Shown in pieces: positions 10,451-23,034 of a stretch of DNA of 64,000 nt. Position numbers and translations under genes: made by a program. The notes under the pieces were generated by a model. That model was given only the letters and a program-made list of their open reading frames with translations, made no database searches and had not been told where the DNA came from. This DNA is from Chiloscyllium plagiosum (Eukaryota): assembly GCF_004010195.1 (NCBI RefSeq), contig NC_057720.1:28524483-28588482 (forward strand). Direction: 5' to 3'. Position 1 is the first letter of the stretch. The number at the start of each line of letters is the position of its first letter.

Positions 10451-12199
10451 TCCTGATCACTTTGGCCTGTTTCTTGAGGTAGATGAAAGCAGAACTCTAA
10501 TACATGTTGAAAAACCTTCTGCTCGAACCCAGAAAGAGTGGCTGGAGTTCCACAATAGAGACAGTGCCCAAACCTGATGGTTCAACCAGGTTCTACATTG
10601 ACTATAGAAAGGATAATACATTAACCAGGGAAAACTCTGACCCAATTCCTCATCTTCAGGGCTATAGTAAGAGGGTAGGAAGTGTCAAGTTTATAACAAA
10701 AACTGCTATATCTGCTAAAGGGCAGGATTTCTTAACAATTGAGGTGAAAGAAAGTGGCCTTTGTCACCCTGGATAGCTGATCTGGTGGTAAATCTTACAA
10801 ACAGGTAACCTACTTAAAGCACATATTGAGTTAGATAAAGGTATTGCCAAGATCAGAAAAAGTTCTGGTATTTATAGATTTCCTCACCTACATGACTCAA
10901 CAGGAAATCTTACTACTTCTGGAAATGTGGGTTTAATGCAGGTTCAACTATCCCATTTATGGATTTGTTGCAAGAAAATTAATGTGTGGCCGAACAAATT
11001 TTGAAATGAAGGGTGCTCCCTGCCAAAATTTTCAATAAACTCTTCAAGGTAGTTATTGATTCTAGTGACCTTAGGTTAGGCATTATCCTCCTACAGAAAT
11101 CAGGCATAGAGAGACAGTGGGAAACATCTTCAAAAAGTTATGTTTATACGAAAATAAATACTGTACTGTGGAGAAGGAAACCCTATTATTAGACCCTAAA
11201 CCCTTTGAAGGTTTTGTTGACAAATACTGGTCATAAACCCTGAACCTTTGTGGAAAAATTCAAAACCTGGAACACCAAGCTTTTTTGATAGAGTTTACTA
11301 TTACAGCCTTATCACTTAAAGATCACTAAAATTGCAGGGAGAAACAATGTGATGACTAATATTTTGTCCAGAAATTATCTCTGTTCAGAATTCTGGGTGT
11401 ACATATATTTCTTATTATTTTCATGTTTTTTGACACCTTGCAATGAAACATTTCTACAAGTTACATTTCATTGCCTGTGTGGGTGACGTGATGTGCAGAT
11501 TTCGGCTAAAATATTAATTTATTTTATCATTGGTTCGATTTGTTAATTTTAAAGATATAGCTGATATAAATACATGTCTTGGCTGTTTTGAAAGGAACAC
11601 TTTTCAAAGCAAAAAGCATTTTCAAAACAAAGGACCCTGGCTACAGTAGCTGAAATTTGCAAAGAACAAAGCTCCTTGATGGAGACACTGGGTTCTTCAA
11701 AGCCTTTTGAGTGAAAGACCAGATGACCCAGTTTGTGCACACAATTTAAACTGATAATAAGTGAGAGTCTGCCACAGGGACAACAGCCTTGGCCCTCTCT
11801 CTTTCTCTGAAATCTCTCTCATCAAAGTTTGAAAGTTGAAAATCTATCAGAACACTTCATTGTTCCAAGTTGAGCGTTCTTAAATGCAGAACTCTGAATC
11901 AACTCCATTGTGTCCAGGGGAAAAGAGAAACCAATCAGCTATAACTGCTCAATTGAGGAACGCTGCTACTGTAGAAAGTGACCCCTTCAACAGCATGTAT
12001 GTTTTCAACCAATCTGTCAATAATTTTTTGTTCAGAGTCTACATTTTACTTGACCAAATTTTAAGATCTGATACTTTGTGGAGTTCTGTTTTCAGTTTTT
12101 GCATACTTGTTGGGGGCAGGAGGTGCGTGGTTGTGTACATTTGATCAGAATTGGTGGGAAGTCAGATATATCTGTACATTTTAAACCTTTGTGTTATTG

Positions 12200-12533
12200 G
12201 AATCATAGAATCCTTAAATGTGGAAACAGGCCCTTTGGCCCAACAAGTCCATAGCAACCCACCCAGAACCATTCCCCTACTACTCTACATTTACCCCAGA
12301 CTAATGCACCTAACCTATATACCCCTTAACACTCTAGGCAATTTAGCATGGCCAATTCACCTAACCTGCACATCTTTGGACCATGCGAGGAAACCAGAGC
12401 ACCCGGAGGAAACCCACGCAGACACGGGAAAAATGTGCAAACGTTCCTGAGGCTGCAACTCGGGTCCCTGTGCTGTGAGGCAACAGTGCTAACCACGGTG
12501 CCACCATGCCACCTGTGAGCTACTGTGCCACCC
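12200..12533 (-). mobile_element. HE1-type SINE with a short 5'-end duplication
   Basis: Aligns with 2703-3007; extra gagctactgtgccacc copy at ~12517-12532. Confidence 0.88.
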
Positions 12534-13560
12534 TGTAGAGTCAGGAGATTTATTAATTTCTGTGTGTTTGAGTGAATTTAGTAATTAAAGTACCTTTCTA
12601 CTTTTAACTTGCACCATATTGTCCACAATAAAGTATTTATTTATTAAATTAGGAATGTCACCTCCATTTTAAATTTTAACTCTGTTGTCATCAGTTCAGG
12701 AGTGGAGAGAGCTGGTCATAACAAGTCAAAAAGGCAACATACTACCACCACCTTAAGGGTTTTTGGGATGGGAAAAAAAATCCCATGATAGGATTAACGA
12801 AATACGTTTTATAATCAAGAACAATAGAATATGAAAGCCATGACATTTTTCTGAGCCACAACAAAAGTTTGTAATGATATTGCGTGCAACACAGTCTATT
12901 GGAAGTCTGTTGAAGCTGTAATACAAATTGATCTTTATGCTGTTTAATATGTGGAATGAAAAATAATATTTTTATTGGCTTGATCTTTAAATCACGGATA
13001 CTCCAAATGCTAATATGCACACGCAATCAAAGGTAGGACAAAGTAATAGGTCATCAACTAATAATCTGACCTCTTACGTGAAGATGATAAAAATCAAGAA
13101 TGAAACTGCAACACTGAGACTCTTGACTTTGTGTCTGATTATCATTCAGAGCTATAAAGGGAAACCTCATATTCTAAGAATGAAGATAAGTAAACAAAAG
13201 ATGTAGGATCATCAAATAGGATTAACAAATCAGGAGACATAGGCTGGATATCACTTCGCAGTCAAGAATTATATCTAGATCACTTTTGAACACTTTTTAA
13301 AGGCTGGTAACAGAACAAAATGAAGATGAATACTTGGCTACTTGTCAATCTTTCACAGGGAATGGTCAGAATCACACTAATATGGAGAGATTTTTGTTTT
13401 TTAAATTTTATTATCATGATTATGATTAGTTGCATATAGATTGATGAAATGTATAATTTAATAAGAATCCTATATTTCCTGCCTAATTGATGATAAGAAA
13501 ATTGGGTTGGCTTTAATTACTTGTTCTCTGGATTTCACAATTGAGAATGTGGGTAACCAG

Positions 13561-13657
13561 AGCTGAAAATGTGTTGCTGGAAAAGCGCAGCAGGTCAGGC
13601 AGCATCCAAGGAGCATGAGAATCGACGTTTCTGGCATAAGCTCTTCTTCAGGAAAGA
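13561..13657 (-). mobile_element. PLE family-1 single arm lacking the tail
   Basis: agctgaaaatgtgttgctgg...cttcttcaggaa; perfect TSD gggtaaccag at 13551-13560 and 13658-13667. Confidence 0.88.
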
Positions 13658-15529
13658 GGGTAACCAGTTTGTTCCATGGTCTCTTCTGTTCTCGTGCTAA
13701 TGGGCAGGAAATGTATTGGAGCATTTTAAGTTGCTATCCCTTTTTCCTAATAAGGACATGTGTATTTTTGCTTAGTAAGTTCCATTAAACCCTGGTGTTT
13801 TAAAAATATATTTTGTTCTGTCAAGCTTCAGGCATCACCCTTTGTCACACAAAGAGTTTTTTTAATGTTAATTTTTTTTAAAAAAGAGAAAACTAACCAT
13901 TTTCTGCTGATTGTAAAGAAATTTCCCTGACAGCAGAAGAATACCCTTTAGATGATCTCAGAATATACTTATCTACACCAGAAAATATGTAGTCTTAAAC
14001 AGACAAACTAGTGAAGCAAGTTACTTTATTTTTCACAATAATTGAGGTAGCAAAGTTGTACTTCATTCTATTTTCTTGTAAAAAATGGTTCCAGGTGTAG
14101 TGTATTATTTGAACAACTTTATTGCAACAGTATTTTCTTTCCTGTACACTCTCTAATGCATTCAGGGGCTGTCGGTCCACAAATGAAACAGGAAACAAGA
14201 AACAAGATCTTTCAGCCCATGTAGCTTGTACATGTAGGTCCATCTACTGGTTTGAATTAGATCATAGAATCATAGAGTCATACAGGAAGGAAATAGATCC
14301 TTCAGCCCAAAACAGTTTCATTTCTTTCCCAAATTGATACAACAGCATGATCGATTCTTTGGAATGTCTTAGCTAAATATGTATACATTTCATGAAATGA
14401 CAATTCATTTTTGTAAGTTAATTGTTACATCTATCATTAGGTCTTCTGACCGAGAAAACCTGTTTTTCTGGTTCAGTGCATTTCTTTATTCATTAGTTTC
14501 ATTTTGTTTTTAAGAGCTTCTGCCTTTCTTATATTCATGAACAAAGTTAACAATAGAATAGAAAATGAATCTATGAATAAAGTTATTTGTTTTAAGAGTG
14601 TAGTTTTTCCTTTTAATATTTTTATCAATACTAATTCAATTTCATCTGGGGAGAGTGCACATCTGAATCAGTTTTGATTACATGAGAACTTTGTATGCAT
14701 GTAAGGGTTCACATATTCGAAGTTGAATGCCAGGTTTAGTTCAGGATCATAAACCCCTGACTACTCACAAGACATTATTTGAATTATTAGAAGTTGGGCT
14801 AAAGTCCTGGCACAATATATGCACTCTCTGTGGCAACTGCTGGGAAAATCTTCTGTACATTCATATTGTAAACTATTTCATAAGGGAAGAGTTTACAGTA
14901 TCCTTGACCTAGTATCTTGCTTCTGTGCTTAATGAGGCCCTTGGGTAAAGGCTTTTCAAATGCTAGTTATACAATATTTTTCATTGAAGAAATCTCTTGT
15001 CAATTAAATGCTGACATTCTTGATTTAATATCATTTCTGCACAATATACGTTTTGTAAACGCTTGAAAGTGAAAGTTCACAAATCTAAAAAAAAGTAGAC
15101 TTTCTCTATGATGAGGAATAAGAAGCGAGTGTGTTCAAACCTGAAGTGGGTTTTTTGGATTAGATAGCATTGATAAATCTATTATTTTTGGTTTATCATA
15201 TGATCCAAATGCATCTCTTTCCACTATTAGTATGGATGTTCTGGCCCGGCACAAATTCTTAAATGTTTTTTGATTGCAGTGTTATAACTGTAGGTCCCTG
15301 TTCTTATCTCAGTGTTGATAGTGTCATCTTTCCCTCCCACTGTAGAATTGGTCGGCTAATGTCTCATGGTTCATTAGTGTGGTGTGGTACAAGGTCTTCC
15401 AAGACTTGATCGGAGCAGAGATAAGCGCCTGTAGGTCCCTGTATAAACTTTGAAAATAATGTATTTCATGCAGAAACAAACAGTTCTGAAAGAAAGATTT
15501 GTAGAACATTGGATTTGAATGCCTTTTTA

Positions 15530-15640
15530 ATTCTTACATGGGATGTGGGTATAGCTGGCTGGGTGAGCATTTATTGTCCATCCCAAAGTGTCCTTGAGAA
15601 GGTGGCAATGAGCAGTTCCTTGTGCTCTGTAGTCCATTTG
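15530..15640 (-). repeat. Old L2/CR1-superfamily LINE 3' end
   Basis: catttattgtccatccc...ccttgagaaggtgg motif, also at ~7650-7790, 35450-35830 and 58545-58690. Confidence 0.5.
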
Positions 15641-16199
15641 GGACCTGGGTATGAATCCATCTAAACTCCCAAACATTGTCTCCAAGTCAGTCTAAAGTGA
15701 AATAGCTTTGGCACTTGGTGACTGATTTTTTCTTGCTGTTTGTTTTAGAGAGCATGAATTCATAACATGGAACTGTTCATAACTTGGCAGCAATAGACAT
15801 GAAATTGATCATCTTGTTAAGACAAGCACAACATTCATTGTTGTGGGAAATGAAAAATCATAATGGCACAAAAAACAGCATTCTGTGACTAAAGGTATTT
15901 TGCTGGGACAGAGTCTACATGCCACTACTTCATGTACCTATGATAAAACTGATCTAAAAACAGGACATTGAGTAAAATAAAGGAAGTTTTGATTCAGGAT
16001 TATTACTGTCTTGTAAGGAGCACTCGCCTTCGATTGAAACTACTATTCTACAAATGTCCTAAATACTCATTATTGTGACAGACTTGAATATAAGCAAAGG
16101 AACAGATCAATTGTTGCAGTGATAAATTTGGGGATGGAAAAAGCAGTCACACAGGACTGTTCAAGTAAATAAGTCCACACTTATCAATAGATAAGAAAG

Positions 16200-16565
16200 A
16201 AAGGAATGCATGCATTCAACTGATCTCTCAAAGCCTTTCTCATGTGATGAATTACTTTAAAGTGGATGACTTTTCTTATGGAATTAAACATCTGTGTCAA
16301 ACACCACACACCAAATTCTCAAATCCACCAATAAAATTAGTTTATTCTGTTTCTGATGATTGTTGCTGAAGTGATTCATTTCAACAGTTTTTGAGAAGTT
16401 TTCTGCCCCTCAAACTGTAGTATGAAATACTTAGTGATCTTATATACTGCTGAACGGGCAGATTGGACTCTGTTTAATAGTTAATTCAAGTAATGGCATT
16501 TCCTCGAGCATTTAATCAGGACTGAAACTTGGGTGCCTGAACAGAACTTGGAACCTGATCCTTCT
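16200..16565 (-). repeat. Highly decayed Deu-domain (SacSINE1/AmnSINE1-like) SINE
   Basis: Weak similarity to the copies at 21745 and 46490 (aattactttaaagtg...ggcagattggactctgtttaa...). Confidence 0.4.
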
Positions 16566-17689
16566 AAAATGGAAAAGCTGTCAGATTAATACTTTTGAAC
16601 ATACATATTGTTCTGATGTTTATGTAATGGGTTTATTCATTTGAATAATTCATCTCGTGGTCTCTCCAATAAGTTGAATGGCAATTCAATAAAGAGAAAC
16701 TTCCTCTGTTCAAGTTTTATTGTGAAAGCCAAATGTTCTTAGGTTTATGATTTCACTGGAGTGGAGAGGAAACTTAATCCAATGTGTGTTGCTACTCTTT
16801 TCTAAAGAATGGTGCTTTTTTTAAAAGACCAGATAGATATTATAAAAGTAGTTTTGTATACTCAGGTGAAGCTGGAGAATGACACTGCTGAAGAGCAAAA
16901 CAGGTTCTTTCATTCTCAAAATTTCCGTCAAGCTCAGCATGAATTTGATGCAACTTGGGACTCACCTTGCACTGCTTCAACCTAATCAGGGCAATCTTTT
17001 GAATTGATCAGGCTCATGAGAAGACAGATGCAACTTATGTAAATGTTGGAGAAAAAGATGCAGAGCATGTGTGAATTTCATCAGATTTGCTTTCCTTACT
17101 GGCATCTATCATTGCTCTGATAGCTTCATTTCATCATCAATCATTTCTCTGCACAATGTTGTCTTTTTATTTAAGTAATTACCCCTTTGTGGATTTATTT
17201 CTCTTAATGTGAGAAACTTTGCTTTTTTCTACTTGGACTTTCATCTGTCAACTATCTTCCCAATTCCCAAAAATATTCGAATGCTCCTCTGACGTATTCT
17301 GCTTCGCTTTCGAGTCTGTCATTCTTCAGCAGCTTTGCATCAATTGTTTTTGCAATTCCTGGCTCCAGATAATTTATAAAAGAAAGCTTATAAAACAGAC
17401 CCTATCTCAGAAGCCACAGGAGCCCTCTGATAATATTTTCTTAGGCTGACGCTAATCTCTGTGCCACTTTTGGTTAACGAATATGTATCCAGTATGTAAA
17501 ATATTCCTGCTGATGCCAACTTTCTTTAGTCTGAGTAGTAGCTCATCCACAGGAATAGTTTGAAAGGTCTTACTAAAATTCAGGTTTACAACTTTCATTG
17601 CCTTATCCAATCAAGCTTATTTGTAACACTGTCAAAGAGTTAGATTAGCATGTGCTCCCTTTATGCACCAGTAATTAATGCACCAGAGG

Positions 17690-20600
17690 AGAAGAATGTA
17701 AAAGGGGAGGTGTGGCATTGTTAGTCAAGGACAGTATTACAATGGCAGAAAGTATGTAGACAGGCCAACAAGGGGGTGAGGTCACATTAGATTTGGTCTG
17801 GGTGATGAACCCAGCCAGGTGTTAGATTTGGAGGTAAGTGAGCACTTTGGTGATAGTGACCATAATTTGGCTATGTTTAGTTTAGAGATGGAACTGGGTC
17901 GGTATATATTGCAGGGCAAGAGTTATAGCTGGGGGAGAGGCAATTATGGTGTGATTAGGTAAGGTTTAGGATGCATAAAATGGGGAAGGAAACTGCAGGG
18001 GATGGGCACAATTGAAATGTGGAGCTTATTCATGGAACATGATAAGTATGTACTATCAGGCAGGGAAGTAGTTGTCGAGCACGGGAGCTGTGGTTTACTA
18101 AGGAAGTTGAATCTCTTGTAAGAAGAAGACTTACATTAGGATGAGACGTGAAGGTTCAGTTAGGGTGCTTGAGAGTTACAGGTTAGCTGAGAAAGATCTA
18201 AAGAAAGAGTTAAGAAGAGCCAGGAGGGGACATGAGAAGTTGTTGGCAGATAGGATAAAGGAAAACCCAAAGGCTTTCTATAGCTATATGAGGAATAAAA
18301 TAATGATGAGAGTAAAATTAGAGCCAATCAAGGATTGTAGTGGGAAGTTGTGCGTGGAGTCAGAGAAGATAGGTGAAGCGCTAAATGAATATTTTTCATC
18401 AGTATTCACACTCGAAAAAGACAATGTTGTCAAGGAGAATACTGAGGTACAGACTACTGGACTAGATGGCATTGTGGTTCACAAGGAGGAGGTGTTAGCA
18501 ATTCTGGAAAGTGTGAAAACAGGTAAGTTCCCTGGGCCGGAGGGGATTTATCCTAGGATTCTCTGGGAAGCCAGGGAGGAGATTGCCGAACCTTTGGCTT
18601 TGATCTTTATGTCGTCATTGTCTACAGGAATAGGTGCCAGAGACTGGAGGATAACAAATGCTGTTCCCTTGTTCAAGAAGGGGAGTAGAGACAACACTGG
18701 TAATTATAGACCAAAGAACAAAGAACATAGAAAATTTACAGCCCAGGAACAGGCCCTTCAGCCCTCCAAGCCTGAGCCATTCCATATCCTCTGTCTAAGC
18801 GTGTCGTCCAATTCCTAAGCATCTGTATCCCTCTGCTCCCCACCTACTCATACATCTGTCCAGACATATCTTAAATGAATCTACCATGCCTGCCTCTACT
18901 ACCTCTGCTGGCAATGCATTCCAGGCACCTACCACCCTCTGTGTAAAGTACTTGCCTCATGTATCCCCCTTAAACTTTTCACCTCTCACCTTGAAAGCGT
19001 ATTGAATCCTTCACCCTGGGAAAAAGCTTATCTCTACCTATGCTGTCTATACCCTTCATAATTTTGTAGACCTCAATCAGGTCCCCCATCAATTTCCTTT
19101 TTTCTAATGAAAACAATCCTGACCTACTCAACCTTCCTTCATAGCTAGTACCTTCCACACCAGGCAACATTCTCATAAACCTTCTCTGCACCCTCTCCAA
19201 AGCGTCCACATTCTTTTGATAATGTGGAGACCAGAACTATACACAGTATTCTAAATGCAGCTGAACCAAAGTCTTGTACAATTTTAACATGACCTGCCAG
19301 CTCTTATACTCAATACCAGATGAAGGCAAGCATATCATATGTCTTCTTGACCACTCTATCCACCTGTGCAGCAACCTTCAGGGTACAATGAACCTGAACT
19401 CCCAGATCTCTCTGCTCATCAACTTTTGCCAAGGCTCTTCCGTTTACTGTATAATTCGCTCTAGAATTAGACTTCCCAAAATGCATTAACTCACATTTGA
19501 CTGGATTGAACTCCATCTGCTACTTCTTTGCCCAACTCTCCAGTCTATCTATATTCTCCTGTGTTCTTTGACAGTCCCTTATAGTCCCTTATGCTTTCTG
19601 CTACTCCACCAATCTTTGTGTCATCTGCAAACTTGCTGATCATACCAATAGTGCTCTCTTCCAGATCATTTATGTATATTACAAACAACAGTGGCCACAA
19701 TACTGACCCCTGTGGAACACCACTGGTCACCTTTCTCCATTTGGAGAAACTCCCTTCTTCTACTACACTCTGGCTCCTGTTGCTCAACTGTTCTTTATCC
19801 ACCTAGCTAGAACACCCTGCACACCATGTGACTTCACTTTCTCCATTAGTTTACCATGGGGAACCTTATCAAATGCCATACTAAAGTTCATGTATATGAC
19901 TAGTGAGCCTTACTTTGGTTGTGGGTAAAGTGTTGGAAAAAGTTATAAGAGATAGAATTTATAATAATCTAGAAAGGAATAAGCTGATTAAGGATAGTCA
20001 ACACTGTTTTGTGAAGGGTAGGTTGTGCCTCAGAAACCTTATTGAGTTCTTTGCAAAGGTGACCAAACAGGTGGATGAGGGTAAAGTGGTTGATGTGGTG
20101 TATATGGATTTCAGTAAAGCTTTTGTTAAGGTTCCCCATGGTAGGCTACTGCACAAAATATGGTTTGGATCAGAACTGGCTAGCTGAATGAACACAGAGG
20201 GTGGTGGTTGATGGGAAGTGTTCATCCTGGAGTTCTATCCTCATCCTAGTGGTGTATGCGAGGATGTGTTTTGGGTCCACTGTTGTTTGTCATTTTTATA
20301 AATGACCTGGATGAGGACCTAGAAGGATGGGTTAGTAAATTTGCAAATGACACTAAAGTCAGTAGAGTTATGGATAGTGCTGAAGAATGTTATAGGTTAC
20401 AGAGGGACATAGATAAGCTGCAGAGCTGGCTGAGAGATGGCAAATGGAGTTTAATGTGGAAAAGTGTGAGGTGATTCACTTTGGAAGGAGCAACAGGAAT
20501 GCAGAGTATTGGGCTAATGGTAAGATTCTTGGTTGTGGAGATGAGCAGAGAGATCTCGGTGTCCATGTCCATAGATCCCTGAAAGTTGCCTCCCAGGTTG

Positions 20601-21222
20601 ATAGGGTTGTTAAGAAAACATACAGTGTGTTAGCTTTTATTGGTAGAAGGACTGAGTTTCGGAACCATGAGCTGAAAAAAAACTCTGGTGTGGCTGCACT
20701 TGGAGTATTGTGTACACTTATGGTCACTGCATTATATGAAGGATGTGGAAACTTTGGAAACGGTTCAGAGGAGATTTACTAGGATGTTACCTCATTGGAG
20801 GGAAGGTCTTACGCGGAAAGGCTGAGGAATTTGAGGCTGTTTTTGTTAGACAGAAGAAGGTTGAGATGTGACTTAATTGACACACAAAAGGTAATCAGAT
20901 GGTTAGGTAGGGTGGACAGTAAGAGCCTTTTTCCTCGGATGGTGATGGCTAGCACAAGGAGGCATAGCTTTAAATTGAGGGGTAATAGATATAGGACAAA
21001 TGTCAGAGGTAGTTTCTTTACTCAGAGAGTAGTAGGGGCATGAAACCCATTGCCTGCAACAATAGTAGACTCGCCAACTTTAAGCACATTTAAATGGTCA
21101 TTGGATAGACATATGGATGAAAACAGAACAGTGCAGGTTAGATGGACATCAGATTGGTTTCACAGGTCGGCGCAACATCGTGGGCTGAAGGGCCTGTATT
21201 GAGCTGTAATGTTCTATGTTCT
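17690..21222 (+). mobile_element. Long CR1-type LINE ORF2 pseudogene (endonuclease to 3' tail) interrupted by an antisense CR1
   Basis: GGVALLVKD (~17704), EHFGDSDHN (~17839-17865), IKENPKAFY and PLFKKGSRDNTGNYRP (ORF 18141), resumes VSLTLVVGK at 19903, YMDFSKAF, VSKFAND, tail ttctatgttcta. Confidence 0.93.
18713..19900 (-). mobile_element. Nested 5'-truncated CR1-type LINE (different subfamily)
   Basis: Minus ORFs [46 protein letters not shown]; tail at 18713-18730. Confidence 0.92.
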
Positions 21223-21349
21223 ACTGCTGAAATGTTTTGTATATTTATATATATGTATATATGGATGCTTCACAATCGTTAGTAGAATTTCATAACTTGA
21301 GATGTTAATTTCAAATGTCTGCAGCTTCCTGGTCACTTTCAATATTATA

Positions 21350-21510
21350 TTTTAAAAATGGGAGTAACATCTGCCTTTCTTTTATCCCCAGGCATCTTGC
21401 CAGCATTCAGAGATTTCTGGAAAATTTGTGCCAAAGTTTCTGCAATTTCCATCCTTATATCCTTGGAACTCCTTAGATACATTTCATTTGACCCCTGAGA
21501 GTCAGTTACC
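21350..21510 (-). mobile_element. Old CR1 RT-region fragment
   Basis: EIAETLAQIFQKSL..G.MPGDKRKADVTPIFK. Confidence 0.7.
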
Positions 21511-21744
21511 TTGTGTTGAACAGCTGTTTGGCAAACGATTGATTTTCTTATTGAGAAGTGTATGAACCAAACTGTAGCTAGTCTCAATGCACCGAAGATT
21601 TCTCACACCATGGATCCACCTTCAAAATGTTTAAGCAGCTTGAATGATGTTGCCAATGGGTATACCAATGTCCGATAAATACACACTTCTCTCTTTACAT
21701 TTAGATCATTTCACAGCCATGGATGCCTCAATGCACTGCACTTT

Positions 21745-21995
21745 TAACATTCGATGAAGCAAAATTCGCTGTTGCAAAGGAAACACAGCAGCCAATTGGT
21801 GCACAGTAAGATACTACAAAGAGCAATGTGATAATAACATGATTTTTTAGTGCCGTTGGTCGAGAGGCAAATATTTGCAAGGGCACTAGAGGTCTCCTAA
21901 GTTCTTCTTTACCATGAGCTTCTACATCTAGCTGAAAGGGCAAATATGGCTTTGGTTTACCATCTCACCAAGTGAGTGTGTTAGATGATGACTAA
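21745..21995 (-). repeat. Deu-domain SINE (SacSINE1/AmnSINE1-like)
   Basis: ggaaacacagcagccaattggtgcacagtaag...agcaatgtgata is the reverse complement of the Deu core (atcacattgct...ctgtgcac.aattggctgctg.gtttcc). Confidence 0.65.
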
Positions 21996-23034
21996 CACTC
22001 CACCCTCACTACCGAGATAGCTAACTTGATTGCCCACAAATCAGCTTATTCAGAGCTGGTAGGTACACAGGGGATCTTGTCATATCACAGAATTTGACAC
22101 TGGTGATCCAGTTTACCAAAAGCTGCTAGTACCTCTGCATCATACTTTCTGATGGTTGAGAGCCGCTCCATTAGGTATCCAGTGGTTAAAAGGTAAGACT
22201 TCCAAGTAGCTCATCGACTATAAAGTGCTTTGCAGTGGCTTGAAGTTTTGAAAGAAATTAAATAAATCTAAGTCTTTCTTTCTCTTTTTATCGTGACGGA
22301 GACAACAGCTTCTGAAACACATGACATATTATAGGCAGGAACCTGAGAGAAGGGACTTGGGTTCATTCCGATAGGATGAAGAGATGCCACAGGGACATTT
22401 GAAACTTCAACTTGATGCCATTTTACAGCATTACAGGAATCAGCAGAGGTTGACAAGGATGAAGGGTGTCTGGTATTCTGCATGAGACAAAGACCACAAT
22501 ATTTTGATTATTATTTAAGGTTGGAAATTGATGAGGTTGTTCAAAATGGCTGATCTTTTCTATTTCTGCAAAGGATCATTAAGAGAATTCTGCTTTTAAA
22601 ATTACAGTTTTATGTAGTTCTTTTCATATTAGACTACCAAGATACAATTTTCCTCCATAATTGGTATAGAAGAATGATTATATAGTTCTAACCCACCTTC
22701 CTATTCAGATGAGTAATTTGTCTACTTTGTCACATTTCTCAATAACTTGCCTTTTAATGTTTGCAAACAACCAACTGGACTGATTGTGTTTGTATAACAA
22801 GCCAGTGAATCATGGTCACTGTTATTGATACAAGCTTTTTATTCTGGATCACATGGGATTATTGAACTGGTAATCCTGAGGGCTGCTCACTTAATCTGGA
22901 GATGTGAAGTCAACTCTCACCACAGCAGATAAATAATTTAAATTCCAATAGTTAGTTCTGAAAATTTAGCCCATAGATTCTGGAATAACTTCATCAGGTT
23001 TGAAATAAGTAAACATAAAAGAAAGACGGAGAGA

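Larger units (their letters stand above)
7984..12723 (+). mobile_element. Decayed Gmr1-like Ty3/gypsy LTR retrotransposon (PR-INT-RT-RH)
   Basis: KPIVILRD (8482-8505); GISFLLENDLAG (8668-8703); integrase C-C*IVGKPQ...LHPIP...PFSKVLVDC (9237-9341) and PQSQGA (~9558-9575); RT WSS..VPKPDGSTRFYIDYRK (ORF 10504-10776); RNase H FKVVIDSSD, KYCTVEKE, GRNNV..ILSR (11043-11373). Outer limits tentative (tgttatgacca / tggtcataaca inverted termini, no TSD). Confidence 0.8.

Noticed and set aside
16855..16910. Possible host exon (cag|GTGAAGCTGGAGAATGAC...); similar candidates at ~14165, ~21541 and ~29177-29220
   Set aside because: Weak or missing splice signals and no recognisable peptide.
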